IMG/VR virus record: IMGVR_UViG_3300000944_000005
Location: 1 to 46,038 of that record
Origin: a virus
DNA length: 46,038 nt
Reading direction: 5' to 3' (one strand)
The translations under genes and the position numbers were made by a program. Below, one piece after another: positions 1 to 8,299 of the stretch. The notes beneath the pieces were generated by a model. That model was not told the origin of the DNA. It made no database searches and saw only the letters and a program-made list of their open reading frames with translations. Numbering within the stretch: position 1 is the stretch's first letter; every line of letters starts with the position of its first letter.

Positions 1-981
1 GGTCAATGGGCTCGTGTCAGGGATGTTTGGCCTACGCTAGGGAACAATGTTCTTATCGCTGATCTCTTGCTTGCAGCTAAGAAACAAGGTTGGAAGTGCT
101 ATTTCGCTACTACCACGGCTGATGGTCCAAAGATCGGTACTGTCACAGGTACTCGTATTGAACTGTTAGAGGGGCATCGCTGGATGGATGTTGGGGAACT
201 CGTACGAGAGGGTGACCGGTATCGGATGGTCGACGGTGACCAGTGGATGACCGCGGACTTCAACCAGAAGGGGTTTCCCGTCCCAAATAAGGCCGAAGAC
301 AACGGATTTATCTCTTATTGTCGTCCGATCCACCCTACACACCGGTTTTGGTTCATTTCGAGCTCGGGAAGTGATGAAACCGGCCGTGGTACTCGGGATC
401 AGCCGTGGAAGACCAAGGAACACGGTATTGGGCGGGTTGAGAAGGGCGCCAAGCAGATGGGAACACCAATGTTTGGCACCATCATCGACGAGTCGGGGGC
501 GGGCGTTCACCATTTTGACATGGATGCCCCAGATATCGTCACTCCTGGGACCGATAAACCTATCCAGGCTCGGTCAGAACTCAAATCTGATGGCACAATC
601 GCACCAAATACTGGGAAAACCTACCTTTCGCGCGGAAAACGTAATCGTCCCGAGCAGTGGCCACGGTATCGCATATCGCGGTACATGAAACGACTCACTG
701 AACGACTCCCATTGTATCGGTGCTTGCACTTGGGAGATCGCATCATCGCATCAGACATGGTTCTTCACAAATTAGAAGGTAACTGGGTCTGGGGGTTCGC
801 CAAGATCGCATTTCCTGAAGGAATCGGCACACTCGTTGATGATTCACCATGGATTGTTGCCCGAGCACACGCACCAGATGAGGGGATGACCGAGCTCGAA
901 AAGGACATGGCCGTACTCGAATACCACCAAACACAAGCACAACTTGCGGCAGCGATCGTGAGACAACGACATGTCAAATAA
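1..981 (+). CDS. hypothetical phage protein, 5' end outside the window
   Basis: Frame 1 is open from base 1 (GQWARVRDVWPT...) through the listed 67..981 ORF; no family recognised. Confidence 0.7.
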   Translation, partial: GQWARVRDVWPTLGNNVLIADLLLAAKKQGWKCYFATTTADGPKIGTVTGTRIELLEGHRWMDVGELVREGDRYRMVDGDQWMTADFNQKGFPVPNKAEDNGFISYCRPIHPTHRFWFISSSGSDETGRGTRDQPWKTKEHGIGRVEKGAKQMGTPMFGTIIDESGAGVHHFDMDAPDIVTPGTDKPIQARSELKSDGTIAPNTGKTYLSRGKRNRPEQWPRYRISRYMKRLTERLPLYRCLHLGDRIIASDMVLHKLEGNWVWGFAKIAFPEGIGTLVDDSPWIVARAHAPDEGMTELEKDMAVLEYHQTQAQLAAAIVRQRHVK

Positions 982-1192
982 CCCCAAGGATGAGCGAGTT
1001 ATTGATCTTGATGGTGTTGGTGGTCGTAGTGCGAAGGAAAGTCGCTTCTATGAGATGAGTATCCGGTGTATGAACTGTGGTCACGGTGGTACATTGAAGA
1101 TGCCAAAAGGTTGTCCGATCGATGCGTATCCTTGTCCGGCGTGTCATTGTCAAAAACTCGTACCTAACTTCAAATCCAAGAATAAATCATGA
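971..1192 (+). CDS. small zinc-ribbon protein
   Basis: CMNC...CPACHC cysteine pairs; start overlaps the upstream stop; N-terminal KDERVIDLD motif. Confidence 0.7.
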   Translation: MSNNPKDERVIDLDGVGGRSAKESRFYEMSIRCMNCGHGGTLKMPKGCPIDAYPCPACHCQKLVPNFKSKNKS

Positions 1193-1917
1193 CTTCCGAT
1201 AAGCGACATATTCAATTCCGCGGTGAATCACAAGATAAACCCACCTCTGACGAATCCAAGAAGACGTACCGAGTACGGGTTCAATGCTCTAACTGTGAAC
1301 AGATCAACGACGCTGATATCCATTGTGGTGTGCGTATCGATCACGCTGAGTGCCCTTACTGTGGTTGTCCCACTGTAGAGTTAACACTCGCAGAGACTGA
1401 CTTCAACACGATGACTGCTCGGCGTATCTTTGCGTGTATCGGTGTACCTCAATCTGATATCAACTCACTCATAGATATGATCTTGAGTGGTACGGTCGAG
1501 ATCACCCAAGATGGTATCTCCTTAGCAATCAGCGAGTTAGAAGGAACCACTGGTACCAGGCCGGAACCTGGTAATCGCGAGGTTAGAGATCCACGTACGC
1601 ACTCCGGCATGCTGACTGCACTAGCTGAGCACTTAGATCAGAGTATCAGTACCCGCCTCGCTGAGATGGGGGACGGACATTCACATACGTCTATGGCGAG
1701 TATGCTAAATGAACTGACTAACGTAATTACATCAGATGGTCAGGTACATCCAGGATACCCAGAAGCACCAGTACCGGCGCCGCAAGGTCGACTTGTCCCT
1801 GGGCCTGCAGGTGACGCGAGTGCACGACGTGCTCCCCGTAGTTCTGAAACATCGGAGCCGGCAGAAATAGCCAGTGAAACACCCCCGGCAACTGATCCTA
1901 GGGACTGGTATCGGTAA
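1189..1917 (+). CDS. zinc-ribbon domain protein (N-terminus resembles 971..1192)
   Basis: CSNC...CPYCGC with the same spacing as the neighbouring ORF; ATGA overlap. Confidence 0.7.
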   Translation: MTSDKRHIQFRGESQDKPTSDESKKTYRVRVQCSNCEQINDADIHCGVRIDHAECPYCGCPTVELTLAETDFNTMTARRIFACIGVPQSDINSLIDMILSGTVEITQDGISLAISELEGTTGTRPEPGNREVRDPRTHSGMLTALAEHLDQSISTRLAEMGDGHSHTSMASMLNELTNVITSDGQVHPGYPEAPVPAPQGRLVPGPAGDASARRAPRSSETSEPAEIASETPPATDPRDWYR

Positions 1918-1934
1918 ATAGGAACCACTGATAG

Positions 1935-2411
1935 TTAAGAAGAAGCGGGTGTCGGCGGGTCGATGTTAACGACCCGCGTGTCTTTATCACCAAGTTGTGG
2001 TTTCCCTGTGTCGACTACCGAACGTAAATCAACCTTCGCACCTTTGGGTGCTTCTCCGGTAAACATCACCTCGACCGCAAGATTAATTCGCTGCATGGCC
2101 AGTAAAGCTGCGTGTTTCGTCCAGAACGGTGCGATCAAGACTTTACGCAGTCCGACGTTAATTATAGCTTCACCGATTAACTCGTAGTAACCGACAATTA
2201 CCCACCGTTGACCCTGGTCTTCAAAACGATGGGCATCAACTAAACCGTGGAAGTCTGCAGTAACATCTGGTGATCCCTCGTTGAACCCAGGTGCTGCACT
2301 ATTCCAAATTCCATTTAATAGGTGAAACGAATACAGACCTGGAATGATGCGGGTAAGGTTCGGGGTTAATACGACTAATGGTACATGCATCGCCGTTGGG
2401 AAAATATTCAT
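1935..2411 (-). CDS. hypothetical protein
   Basis: 158 aa ORF translationally coupled to tmk; last gene of the minus-strand run. Confidence 0.7.
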   Translation of the reverse strand: MNIFPTAMHVPLVVLTPNLTRIIPGLYSFHLLNGIWNSAAPGFNEGSPDVTADFHGLVDAHRFEDQGQRWVIVGYYELIGEAIINVGLRKVLIAPFWTKHAALLAMQRINLAVEVMFTGEAPKGAKVDLRSVVDTGKPQLGDKDTRVVNIDPPTPASS

Positions 2412-3064
2412 TTTACTGGTTTGAGTAAACGTTTGTACTTGTAGTTCTGTTGACAGAGTCGCTCCACGTGCTCACCAGCTTCCTCTAAGTTGAACTGTCC
2501 CGTGTCGACGATAGGGCTGTTACTTTGCGTAGCAACACTGATGTACGCCTCCCGTATCTTTTCGTGGAACGGTAGATCCATAGATTCGAAGCGATCCTTC
2601 GCTATCTCCTCTTTACTACCTTTCTGCGCAAGTTTACGTGCAAGTGCAATTGCTGGATCAATGTCCAGAAGCACGTAGATGTCTGGGTGGAGCGTAACGA
2701 ACCGGTCATGTAACTGCTCAATCGTAAAAGGGTCTACACCTTGTACAAAACACTGATACACGAGTGTAGACCACACCCAGCGGCCAGTAATCACGTGAAC
2801 TCCCTGGTTCAACTTGATCTTAATCTCTTCAGCCAAGCTGCGTCTTGCAGCCGTGTAGAGTAACGCCTGTTGTTCAGGGTCACAAGGAAAGGATTTATCC
2901 AGTAACAACTCTCGCATCTTCTGTGCGAATGGTGTCGATCCTGGATCGGCAACCTCTTCTACCGTATGACCGAACGATCGTAATCGATCAGCAATCTTAT
3001 GGGCCATGGTAGTCTTACCACTACCTTCACCGCCCTCAAAACAAATAAATATACCACGCTGCAT
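2408..3064 (-). CDS. tmk: thymidylate (dTMP) kinase
   Basis: FICFEGGEGSGKTT P-loop, DPG, PDxxxLLDID, DRFE, FHEKIREAY; start placed at MQRGIF (3064) after a GGAG RBS. Confidence 0.92.
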   Translation of the reverse strand: MQRGIFICFEGGEGSGKTTMAHKIADRLRSFGHTVEEVADPGSTPFAQKMRELLLDKSFPCDPEQQALLYTAARRSLAEEIKIKLNQGVHVITGRWVWSTLVYQCFVQGVDPFTIEQLHDRFVTLHPDIYVLLDIDPAIALARKLAQKGSKEEIAKDRFESMDLPFHEKIREAYISVATQSNSPIVDTGQFNLEEAGEHVERLCQQNYKYKRLLKPVK

Positions 3065-3076
3065 GATTACTCCAAT

Positions 3077-3113
3077 AAAAAAGGGTGACCACACCATCAT
3101 GGTGTTATCACCC
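3077..3113 (-). terminator. intrinsic terminator-like hairpin immediately upstream of tmk
   Basis: Minus strand GGGUGAU-AACACCA-UGA-UGGUGU-GGUCACCC followed by U6. Confidence 0.65.
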
Positions 3114-3245
3114 GCTGCGATCATCTTGATCAAACAAAGAGGTCCAACTCTTCGGTACCATCAATGGTACTCACTTCAACAACTTGGAATGCACCCTTCC
3201 TCAGTGCACTCCCTCCCTAGTGCAGTCTTACGACTGCTCACCCTA
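3077..3245 (-). ncRNA. candidate structured RNA or attenuator
   Basis: Six consecutive hairpins in an intergenic gap, including GCAGUC-GUAA-GACUGC (GNRA loop), ending in a terminator. Confidence 0.5.
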
Positions 3246-3251
3246 ATATCG

Positions 3252-3452
3252 TTAGTTCACGTCAGTGACGGTGATCTCAAGATCGTGAGTGCCATCTTCG
3301 TCTGTCCATGTTACGAACAGTTCGTCGGCACTTGTCTGACAGGCTCGTGGGCCTTTACCGTCAGTGTTGGTTTGTTCTGCAATGTGTTTAGTCACTAATT
3401 CACTGATCAGTGTCTTTAGGTTGTCCGCTGGTGTCGGAGTTGCCATCGTCAT
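3252..3452 (-). CDS. small hypothetical protein
   Basis: Start reassigned to MTMATP after AAGGAA. Confidence 0.55.
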   Translation of the reverse strand: MTMATPTPADNLKTLISELVTKHIAEQTNTDGKGPRACQTSADELFVTWTDEDGTHDLEITVTDVN

Positions 3453-3720
3453 TTCCTTTGTTGTGATTAAACTTCTCAGCTCGGTTTGCTCGTGACGCAA
3501 CAGCCTGTTGCTGCTTCTGGTTCATAATTGTAGCAGATTTATGGATGTTTGTATAACCATGCGACTGTAATGTATCACGAATAATATTCATTTGCTCTTC
3601 TACGAGTTCTTGTGGTCTACCACCTACCTCTATCCAAGGGCTAGCCACAGTGGCGCATTTACCGTCGTCGTAGAGTATACGGACGAGTGTCTCGATCATC
3701 GCTGGTTTAGGTTCCGCCAT
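3400..3720 (-). CDS. hypothetical protein
   Basis: 106 aa ORF in the tightly packed minus-strand run. Confidence 0.6.
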   Translation of the reverse strand: MAEPKPAMIETLVRILYDDGKCATVASPWIEVGGRPQELVEEQMNIIRDTLQSHGYTNIHKSATIMNQKQQQAVASRANRAEKFNHNKGNDDGNSDTSGQPKDTDQ

Positions 3721-3722
3721 GA

Positions 3723-4067
3723 CTAACTATCGTCTCCAGTCACGCCCCAACTGGGTTGCCTTTCAGTCATACCCTTACCGTCGGCGCCCCGAGGTGGATG
3801 TTGTTTAGCGATACCGACACCACCCTGAATACCGCCGACACCGTCCATACCTGAGTTGATCTGGCAGAATGGTAGTACCGATCCGTCTTGGAAGCGTAGA
3901 GACAACTGGTCAGACAGGTTATCTTGTCCGATTGGTTGGTTGTCTTGGAATAACCTACGGGCTTCACTGATGAAGTGATCAATGGTCGACTCGTCTGTGT
4001 CGTCACCAATGATCATGTTCTGTTTGACGAAATCGAATACGTCAACTGGTTTCGTTTGCTCGCTCAC
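3723..4067 (-). CDS. hypothetical protein
   Basis: 114 aa ORF, GTG start after AAGGA. Confidence 0.6.
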   Translation of the reverse strand: MSEQTKPVDVFDFVKQNMIIGDDTDESTIDHFISEARRLFQDNQPIGQDNLSDQLSLRFQDGSVLPFCQINSGMDGVGGIQGGVGIAKQHPPRGADGKGMTERQPSWGVTGDDS

Positions 4068-4263
4068 TGATGTGATCCTTTATTTGGGGAGCATCTACAT
4101 CATCAGTCGTCGTAATGGCGATGATGAAATTACCTTTGTGTTTTGAATGAGGGGTCAGAGTCAGCTCAGTTAAGGCGTCGCAGATGTCGTATTCACGATC
4201 TACGGCTTTAACTGCGTCGACCACAGCCGTCCCTAATGCTATTAGTGTGGCTTCTTTACTCAT
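4042..4263 (-). CDS. small hypothetical protein
   Basis: Start reassigned to MSKEAT, which overlaps the upstream stop. Confidence 0.55.
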   Translation of the reverse strand: MSKEATLIALGTAVVDAVKAVDREYDICDALTELTLTPHSKHKGNFIIAITTTDDVDAPQIKDHISERANETS

Positions 4264-4960
4264 CGACGTCAATGACCCTTTCTTCGCGAGATCGAGGACC
4301 GACGTGCTTACCGTGGGTCCGTAAATCATGAATATTTGGGCTTACCACATTCCAATTTAATTGTGGCTCCCTGACACTGTCGTGGTCCATTATGCGAACT
4401 CCCCACGTCGCCTGCCCCGTATTAGGGTCAACGAAGTGAGTCACGTTGATCGTGGTCGGTGTAGGGTCATTGAACTTAAACACGTAGGTCTTGGTACCGT
4501 CATCTGATCTAGGGTGTCCGAAGTTTACAGCAAACCTGCAACGCTCTAACCGTGGCCAGTCGAGCGACCGTACGATACCGTCGGTGATGTCTAGTAATGT
4601 TTGAAGGCCGATACAGTGTCTCGTAGGGTCACGTTGTTGGTGATACAGGTCAAAACCGTTGTACACTGTTTTGAATTCACGCGGTAGGTGTAGATTACGA
4701 TCGGTAGATGACATGGAGGTACTCACTATATCACTACTGATAACAGCGTCACGATCGGTGGGTGGTATGAGGGTACGTACTAAACCACTGATAGCAGCTT
4801 CACTATCCGTGAGTGTACTCGCTATATCACCGATAACAGCGTCACGATCCGTTGGGGCGCCTACCGCACTGATATTCTCCAGAGTCATGTCCGCCCGAAA
4901 AACCGGACGCACAACTTCAATGTTGACATCGTCAGTAGAACTTGATGGGTCAGGCTGCAT
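4256..4960 (-). CDS. hypothetical protein with internal TDRDAVI repeats
   Basis: 234 aa ORF; C-terminal REERVIDVDE. Confidence 0.65.
   Translation of the reverse strand: MQPDPSSSTDDVNIEVVRPVFRADMTLENISAVGAPTDRDAVIGDIASTLTDSEAAISGLVRTLIPPTDRDAVISSDIVSTSMSSTDRNLHLPREFKTVYNGFDLYHQQRDPTRHCIGLQTLLDITDGIVRSLDWPRLERCRFAVNFGHPRSDDGTKTYVFKFNDPTPTTINVTHFVDPNTGQATWGVRIMDHDSVREPQLNWNVVSPNIHDLRTHGKHVGPRSREERVIDVDE
4719..4856. repeat. degenerate in-frame duplication
   Basis: gtactc(a/g)ctatatcac..gataacagcgtcacgatc at 4719-4762 and 4815-4856, with a decayed copy between them. Confidence 0.75.
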
Positions 4961-4968
4961 GGGTCAAC

Positions 4969-5433
4969 TTACTGATTGTTAAACATTATTGATCGAGTCT
5001 CTCGACTCGCAGGGGTTGGACGTTCTGGGTATTCTGGAGCTGGTACCTCATCGTTCTGACGTAATGCTCGCATCAAAGGTGTCACGTTATCAGCAGTTTC
5101 GTCGGTAACGTGGTGGGACTCTATTGCCGAACCTATTGACTTAATCGGTGGAGCGGCTGTGTTAGAGTATTCGATACTGGTTAGGTGAAACAGCATGATG
5201 TCTGAGTCACCAACCCACACACCTTTAACCACAGCCTGTACTGGAGCATCCACCACGAGCGTCACGAACTCTTCCCCTCGCTGTTCGATGATACGGAACT
5301 GTGAGTAACTCAACTGCGAGGCGTCTGCGAGCTCATACCCAAAGCTATGAAACACCGATTGCGTCACGTAATCCGTAACGGCTCGTGGTAACAATCGTGT
5401 GATTTCTCGATTAGGTATTTGCAGCTTAAACAT
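4969..5433 (-). CDS. hypothetical protein
   Basis: 154 aa ORF; C-terminal RETRSIMFNNQ. Confidence 0.65.
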   Translation of the reverse strand: MFKLQIPNREITRLLPRAVTDYVTQSVFHSFGYELADASQLSYSQFRIIEQRGEEFVTLVVDAPVQAVVKGVWVGDSDIMLFHLTSIEYSNTAAPPIKSIGSAIESHHVTDETADNVTPLMRALRQNDEVPAPEYPERPTPASRETRSIMFNNQ

Positions 5434-5436
5434 CAG

Positions 5437-5658
5437 TTACCCGTAGGCTCGTTCGATCTCGGTTTCTGGAATGTCCAGAAGTACTGCGGCCTCCATCACG
5501 GCTGATTCCTCACACTCATCATCGAAATCTAAATCCATGTGGTTGCACGTGGCGTCGGGTTTATCCTCGTCACCTGGTTTCGGGTAGTATACGGTTGCGA
5601 TACCGCAATCAAACAGTACGCACGCTTTTTTACCTGCTTCAATTTCTTTGACTTGCAT
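5437..5658 (-). CDS. small acidic hypothetical protein
   Basis: 73 aa ORF directly downstream of the tubulin gene. Confidence 0.6.
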   Translation of the reverse strand: MQVKEIEAGKKACVLFDCGIATVYYPKPGDEDKPDATCNHMDLDFDDECEESAVMEAAVLLDIPETEIERAYG

Positions 5659-5676
5659 AACACTACTCTACTTAAA

Positions 5677-6840
5677 TTAAATACCAAGAAAATCTGCAAC
5701 ACTGTCTCGCGTCTCCCCGGCTTTGACAGCCAGGTCTTTAATCCGTTCCGCGGGTAGTGGTAGACCACCGACCATAGCGAGAATCTGGATCTGGTCACCA
5801 CTACCCGCCGGGTAGACCCCAGGGAAAACAGCAGAGTCAATTGGAGTCAACAGTCGGTCCATCATAGCCGTACCGTGATCTAATTGACCAAGCTTCACCG
5901 CGTTTTCGCCCTCCCAGGCACTACCCCCAATCACATACAACAAACCAGCCGTTGTCCCTTTAGTTAGGTCCACACTGGCTAGTACGTTGTTCTTCAATTG
6001 ATCCCGGATGGGTCCAGAGATATCTGATGGCTCATCCCACTTCTTCACGGTGACCGCAGCGAAGGCTACGACACCACTGTTGAGGATCCACCCAAAGTCA
6101 GCTGGATCAAATGTTGTACCACCGACATCTTCTGACTCAGTACCAGCCAATCGATTGAAGGTATGCAACAGTTTAGCCGTGCTCGCGTTGGACGCGGGTT
6201 TCTCAGCACTCGCAGCAATGTTGTTACCGTAGAGTGTCTTGAAACGCTCGTTGTCGATGAAGATGATAGGACTTACGTTGAGGGCTGTCAACGAGCGAAT
6301 TGAATGCAAAACATTCTTCGCACTGCGTTGACCTTCCGTGTCCTTAGGAAGAGCCATAATGACACCGACGCGATTAGGTCGCTTCTTGTCGCACATGAAC
6401 TTCTTCGCAACCTGGACAGCTTTAACATAAGCACCAGCACCAGTACCACCAGCACCGGACAAACAGACGAATGCGTAATCGACGTCCTCACCCCAACACC
6501 GTGTGTAGAGATCATAGAAGTCTTCATCCTTATCGGCCGCGATCTTCGCTGCCATCTTTGGATCTTTACCTGCACCTTGCTGTTCACCGATGTCTAGTTT
6601 AGCGTCATCAGGGAATGTCTTCAGCTCTGCCAAATCAGCGACCGCCGTGTTGACCGCACAGATGCGACCGTAACCAAGCTCTTGAAAGGTTTTAACAATC
6701 CTTCCACCAGCCTGGCCAACACCTACGAAAGCGAACTTGTACGCAACGTCGTACGGAAACTGATCAATGATCTTATCGTTCGCTGGTTCGTCTGGTGTTT
6801 GTGGTAAGTCACCAATATCTAAGTCAAAGCCGTCCGACAT
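5677..6840 (-). CDS. tubulin/FtsZ-family GTPase (PhuZ/TubZ-like)
   Basis: VGVGQAGGRI, AVNT, GAGKD, tubulin signature GAGGTGAG, IDNE, and T7-loop-like FDPADF. Confidence 0.9.
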   Translation of the reverse strand: MSDGFDLDIGDLPQTPDEPANDKIIDQFPYDVAYKFAFVGVGQAGGRIVKTFQELGYGRICAVNTAVADLAELKTFPDDAKLDIGEQQGAGKDPKMAAKIAADKDEDFYDLYTRCWGEDVDYAFVCLSGAGGTGAGAYVKAVQVAKKFMCDKKRPNRVGVIMALPKDTEGQRSAKNVLHSIRSLTALNVSPIIFIDNERFKTLYGNNIAASAEKPASNASTAKLLHTFNRLAGTESEDVGGTTFDPADFGWILNSGVVAFAAVTVKKWDEPSDISGPIRDQLKNNVLASVDLTKGTTAGLLYVIGGSAWEGENAVKLGQLDHGTAMMDRLLTPIDSAVFPGVYPAGSGDQIQILAMVGGLPLPAERIKDLAVKAGETRDSVADFLGI

Positions 6841-6854
6841 GATTTCTCCGATGA

Positions 6855-7211
6855 TTACTGTTGCGGCATATTGTTGAGGTCGTACCCATCGCCCTCATCG
6901 TCTGTTTGCGTTGTAGCGAGCTTATTCAACTCGTCACAAACAATAGCATACAACGTTCTATTAGTCTGTTCCAGACTATTCAACGCCGCATGGTACTGTT
7001 CTTCAGATAATTGCGACAGCGTCTGCGCTAATTGAGCCGCATGTTGTTGTAATTGTTGTGCAGTCATGGCCGTAGCGGCAGGTACCACTGGTGTCGCCAC
7101 TTTTTTAGTATCCTCAGGATCACCTTCCTGTGTGGTTGGTTTACCTTTCGCAGCAGCTTTCGCTGCAGCTCGACGTTCTTGTACACGTTTGCGATGCTCA
7201 ATTGCACTCAT
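6855..7211 (-). CDS. hypothetical protein carrying a copy of the portal C-terminal helical domain
   Basis: 50 aa ungapped match (14 identities) to portal residues TTPEEMM...LEDM. Confidence 0.65.
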   Translation of the reverse strand: MSAIEHRKRVQERRAAAKAAAKGKPTTQEGDPEDTKKVATPVVPAATAMTAQQLQQHAAQLAQTLSQLSEEQYHAALNSLEQTNRTLYAIVCDELNKLATTQTDDEGDGYDLNNMPQQ

Positions 7212-7220
7212 GGTTCTTCC

Positions 7221-8267
7221 TTAAGTTTGTTGAAAGCAATGGGTCATTTGAGTGTTGAACTCGTTCCGACGACTCGGTACTGACTCTCCCACAGTTTGTT
7301 GTAACTGTTTGATGTAATCATGATCCGACAGAACATTGTGAAGCAACTGATCCATTAACTCGTAGTTAGGTTTAACGATAGGTAATCCCTGTGCTGTTAG
7401 ATCAACCGCAGTAGGTGTCACCTCGATAGAATTCGTATCCGTAAGTATCTCTTCTGTTGGGAGGAATTTAAAGGCCATTATAGGGGTACCGGCAGTGATC
7501 GACATCAACCCTACGAGATTTAAGCTTTCAAAATGGGTGGGCCACAACGTTAAATCATGATTTTGAAACAAAATTGGTCGCTGTACCGGAGGGATCCTAC
7601 ACTTCAGTATGATTTGATTAGGGTAACAATGTTTTAACTGCTTAAATCGTTTCAACGCCCGTGGTCGTAGTGAACTGTTGCTGTAAGCGATCGTGAATGT
7701 AGCGTCTGAGTGGCGATTAACCGCGCGAGCGATTAGGTCTACTAGCGTCATCTCAGTACGCCTCGCGTTACCGTCCCAAAGAGGTACCAAAATTTTTGGT
7801 TGAATGTCGTGAGTGGTTGATTTACGAAAACGAGGGTTACCGCAGTCCCACGGGCAATAATGTAGGTTCCTAAGCCCAAGCTGGTGAAGATGCTGGTAAC
7901 ATGCTTGAGTAGGTACGATCAATTGATCAACTGCGTGTAGCGACGCCATGTCATAGGGCATTTCTAAGTAATGCCACAACACGACAATGCATGTGCGTTT
8001 ACCTAGTTGTTTCGCCCAGTGGATCTGCGCTGGGTGCGGGACACTGGTCCAAACAACGCACGATTGTGAGGTTACCCAGTCAGTGAATCGTTGATGTGGT
8101 TTATCATAAATAACATCGTTGTCCCACCGTACGTCTACCGGTACCCGTTGTTGCGTCATTGTAAATAATGACGAATCTAAACCGGCTTGTTGAGTCCATT
8201 GAACTATTCGTAATGCTACGGCCGTTGCTTCATGTCGACTGTAGCGTGTACATATTCCGATAGTCAT
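7221..8267 (-). CDS. glycosyltransferase, GT-B fold (GT4-like)
   Basis: DQLIVPT and HDLTLWPTHFESLNLVGLMSITAGTPIMA, matching the ExF/LG..EA..GxP signature region. Confidence 0.7.
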   Translation of the reverse strand: MTIGICTRYSRHEATAVALRIVQWTQQAGLDSSLFTMTQQRVPVDVRWDNDVIYDKPHQRFTDWVTSQSCVVWTSVPHPAQIHWAKQLGKRTCIVVLWHYLEMPYDMASLHAVDQLIVPTQACYQHLHQLGLRNLHYCPWDCGNPRFRKSTTHDIQPKILVPLWDGNARRTEMTLVDLIARAVNRHSDATFTIAYSNSSLRPRALKRFKQLKHCYPNQIILKCRIPPVQRPILFQNHDLTLWPTHFESLNLVGLMSITAGTPIMAFKFLPTEEILTDTNSIEVTPTAVDLTAQGLPIVKPNYELMDQLLHNVLSDHDYIKQLQQTVGESVPSRRNEFNTQMTHCFQQT

Positions 8268-8299
8268 TTCAAAGTTTTAACTTCACTGCTTAAAGTACT

